Source: the human T2T-CHM13v2.0 reference genome, Homo sapiens
Direction: 5' to 3' (one strand)
Length of the DNA: 64,000 nucleotides
Assembly (NCBI RefSeq): GCF_009914755.1
Contig: NC_060945.1
Below, piece by piece: positions 61,498 through 64,000 of the stretch. Every line of letters starts with the position of its first letter. Position 1 is the first letter of the stretch. The notes under the pieces are model-generated. The model was not told the origin of the DNA and made no database searches. It saw only the letters and a program-made list of their open reading frames with translations. The translations under genes and the position numbers were made by a program.

Positions 61498-64000
61498 CAT
61501 TTATAATAAACTGTACATAAAATATCAATGTACTCAAACTATATATTATGTGCGGTACATAAGATATCAAAGTACCCATACTATATAGTATGTACTGTAC
61601 TTAAAATATCAAAATACCCAAAATATATATTATATACGTTACATAAACTATCAAATACACAAAGTATGTATTATATACTGTACATAAAATAGCAAAGTTC
61701 CCAAAATATGTATTATATACTGTACATAAAATATGAAAGTACCCAACCATTTATAATAAACTCTACATAAAATACCAAAGTACCCAAACTGTGTATTATA
61801 TACTGTACATAAAATATCAAAGTACCCAAAATATATATTGTAAACTGTACATAAAATATCAAAGTAGCCAAAATGTATATTGTATACTGTACATAAAATA
61901 TAAAAGTACCCCAAATATATATTATATACTGTACACAAAATATCAAAGTACCCATAATACATATTATATACTGTACATAAAATATCAAAGGACCCAAAAT
62001 AAACATTATATACTGTACATAAAATATCCAAATACTCAAAATATATATTACATACTGTACATAAAATATCAAAGTACCCAAATTATGTATTATCTACTGT
62101 ACATAAAATATCAAAGTACCCAAAATATGCATTGTATACTGTACATAAAATATGAAAGTAACAAAACATTTATAATAAACTCTACATAAAATATCAAAGT
62201 ACTCAAACTATATATCATACACTGTACCTAAAATATCAAATTACCCAAACTGTATATTATTATATACTGTACATAAAATATCAAAGTACCTGAAATATAT
62301 ATTGTATACTGTACATAAAATATCAAAGTACCCAAAATATATACTATATACTGTACATAAAATATGAAGTTACATCAAATATATATTATATCCTGTACAT
62401 AAAATATCAAAGTACACCTATTATATATTGTGTACTGTACATAATATATTAAATCGCCCAAATATATATTGTATACTGTATATAAAATATGAAGGAACTT
62501 CAAATATATATTATATGCTGCACATAAAATATCAAATTACCCAAAGTATGCATTACATACTGTACATAAAATATCAAAGTACACAAATTATATATTATAT
62601 ACTGTACATAAAATATGAAGGTTCATAAAATATATTTTATATTCTGTACATAATATATCAAAGTACATCAAATATATATTATATACGGTACATAAAATAT
62701 CAAAGTACCCAAAATATGTATTATTTACTGTACATAAAATATGAAAGTAACCAAACATTTATAATAAACTGTACATGAAATATCAAAGTACTCAATCTAC
62801 ATATTATATACAGTATATAAAATATCAAAGTACACAAACTGTATATTATATACTGTACATAATATATCAAAGTACCCAGAATATATAGCATACTGTACAT
62901 AAAATATCAAAGTACCCAAAATGTATATTGTGTACTGTACATAAAATATAAAGGTACATCAAAGATATATTATATTCTGTACATAAAATATCAAATTACA
63001 CCAAATATATATTATATGCTGTACATAATATATTAAAGTTGCCCATATATACATTATACACTTTACATAAAATATGAACGTACATCAAATATATAGTATA
63101 TGCTGCACATAAAATATCAAAGTACCCAAAGTATGTATTATACACTGTACATAAAATATCAAAGTACCAAAAGTATATATTGCATACTGTAAATAAAATA
63201 TGAAGGTAACTGAAATATATATTATATTCTGTACATAAAATATAAAAGTACACCAAGTATAAACTACATACTCTGCATAAAATATTAAATTACCCAAAAT
63301 ATGTATTGTATTGTGTACATAAAATATGAAAGTAACCAAACATTTATAATAAACTGTACATAAAATATCAAAGTACTCAAACTGTATATTATATACTGTA
63401 CATAAAGTATCAAAATACCCAAACTGTGTAGTATATACTGTACATAAAATATCAAGGTACCCAAAATATATATTGTAAACTGTAGATACAATATCAAAGT
63501 ACCCAAAATATATATTATATACTGTACATAAAATATGAAGGCACATCCAATATATATTATATTCTGTACATAAAATATCAAAGTACACCAAATGTATATT
63601 ATATACTGTACATAAAATATAAAAGTACCCCGAATATATATTATATACTCTACATAAAATATCAAAGTACCCAAAATAGATATTATATACTGTACATAAA
63701 ATATCAAAGTACCCATAGTATGTATTATATCCTGTACATAAAATATGAAGGTACATCAAATATATATTCTATTCTGCACATAAAATATCATATTACACCA
63801 AATATATATTGTATACTGTATATAAAATATGAAGGTACTTCAAATACATATTATATGCTGCACATAAAATATCAAAGTACCGAAAGTGTGCATTATATGC
63901 TGTACATAAAATATCAAAGTACCCAAAGTGTATATTATATACTGTACATAAAATGTGAAGGTTCATCAAATATATTTTATATTCTGCACATAATATATCA

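Larger units (their letters stand above)
1..64000 (+). repeat. Human satellite 1A (HSat1A / classical satellite I / SAR) tandem array, 42-bp monomer, about 1,500 copies; continues past both window edges
   Basis: Seen: the 42-bp unit ACTGTACATAAAATATCAAAGTACCCAAAATATATATTATAT recurs head-to-tail across the window with no unique sequence. Established: GT^AC cuts give ACATAAAATAT(C/G)AAAGT (17 bp) and ACCCAAAATATATATTATATACTGT (25 bp), the A and B units described for human satellite I. Strand indicates the A-rich orientation only. Confidence 0.96.

Noticed and set aside
195-63759. Hundreds of 60-277 aa ORFs rich in Y/I/F/C (e.g. 12650..13483, 277 aa)
   Set aside because: The 42-bp monomer is a multiple of 3 and three frames are stop-poor, giving 14-aa repeats (YFDILCTVYNIYFG, TLIFYVQYIIYILG, YILYIKYQSTQNIY). 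The ORFs overlap on both strands, end at indel-bearing monomers and show no recognisable domain.
1-64000. CRISPR-like pattern of a conserved core (CTGTACATAAAATAT) alternating with more variable sequence
   Set aside because: The variable parts are homologous to one another rather than unique spacers, and there are no cas genes or leader.
1-64000. Alpha satellite/CENP-B boxes, HSat2/3, HSat1B, telomeric repeats, or Alu/L1 insertions
   Set aside because: No 171-bp period, CATTC repeats, TTAGGG, Alu-like GC-rich segment, poly(A) tail or target-site duplication was seen.
1-64000. 378-bp (9-monomer) periodicity that I recall being reported for HSat1A
   Set aside because: Not demonstrable by eye here. 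The only hints are the 755-bp E block (about 2 x 378) and one 9-monomer deletion. It needs a periodicity spectrum, so it is not called.
1-64000. TATA-box-like (TATATAA) and other short transcription-factor motifs as promoters
   Set aside because: Expected by chance at about 80% AT, with no CpG island or other promoter context.
1-64000. A novel gene-encoded biological system
   Set aside because: No non-satellite sequence is present. Any novelty is limited to array architecture or hypothetical RNA-level function.

Overview
The whole 64-kb window is one uninterrupted, AT-rich tandem satellite array in a single orientation. The 42-bp monomer consensus is ACTGTACATAAAATATCAAAGTACCCAAAATATATATTATAT (8/42 G+C). 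Its two GTAC (RsaI) sites cut it into the 17-bp and 25-bp units that define classical human satellite I, now called HSat1A (RepeatMasker name SAR), a primate pericentromeric and acrocentric heterochromatin repeat. About 1,500 monomers are arranged in a higher-order repeat (HOR) of six blocks, each delimited by a landmark monomer containing CATTTATAATAAAC. The main HOR forms are about 3,306 bp (79 monomers) and 3,013 bp (72 monomers), with many in-register deletion, duplication and recombinant variants. I see no genes, RNA genes, transposons or CRISPR array. All listed ORFs are artefacts of a stop-poor repeat whose length is a multiple of 3. I cannot support a new gene-encoded system here. The most notable observations are a unique micro-inversion and mutation cluster near 56.36 kb, a young 532-bp triplication, a mosaic of long-range near-identical HOR copies, and a Pumilio-response-element match (TGTANATA) in most monomers on the + strand. 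All coordinates and offsets were read by eye or taken from the ORF track, not from computed alignments.
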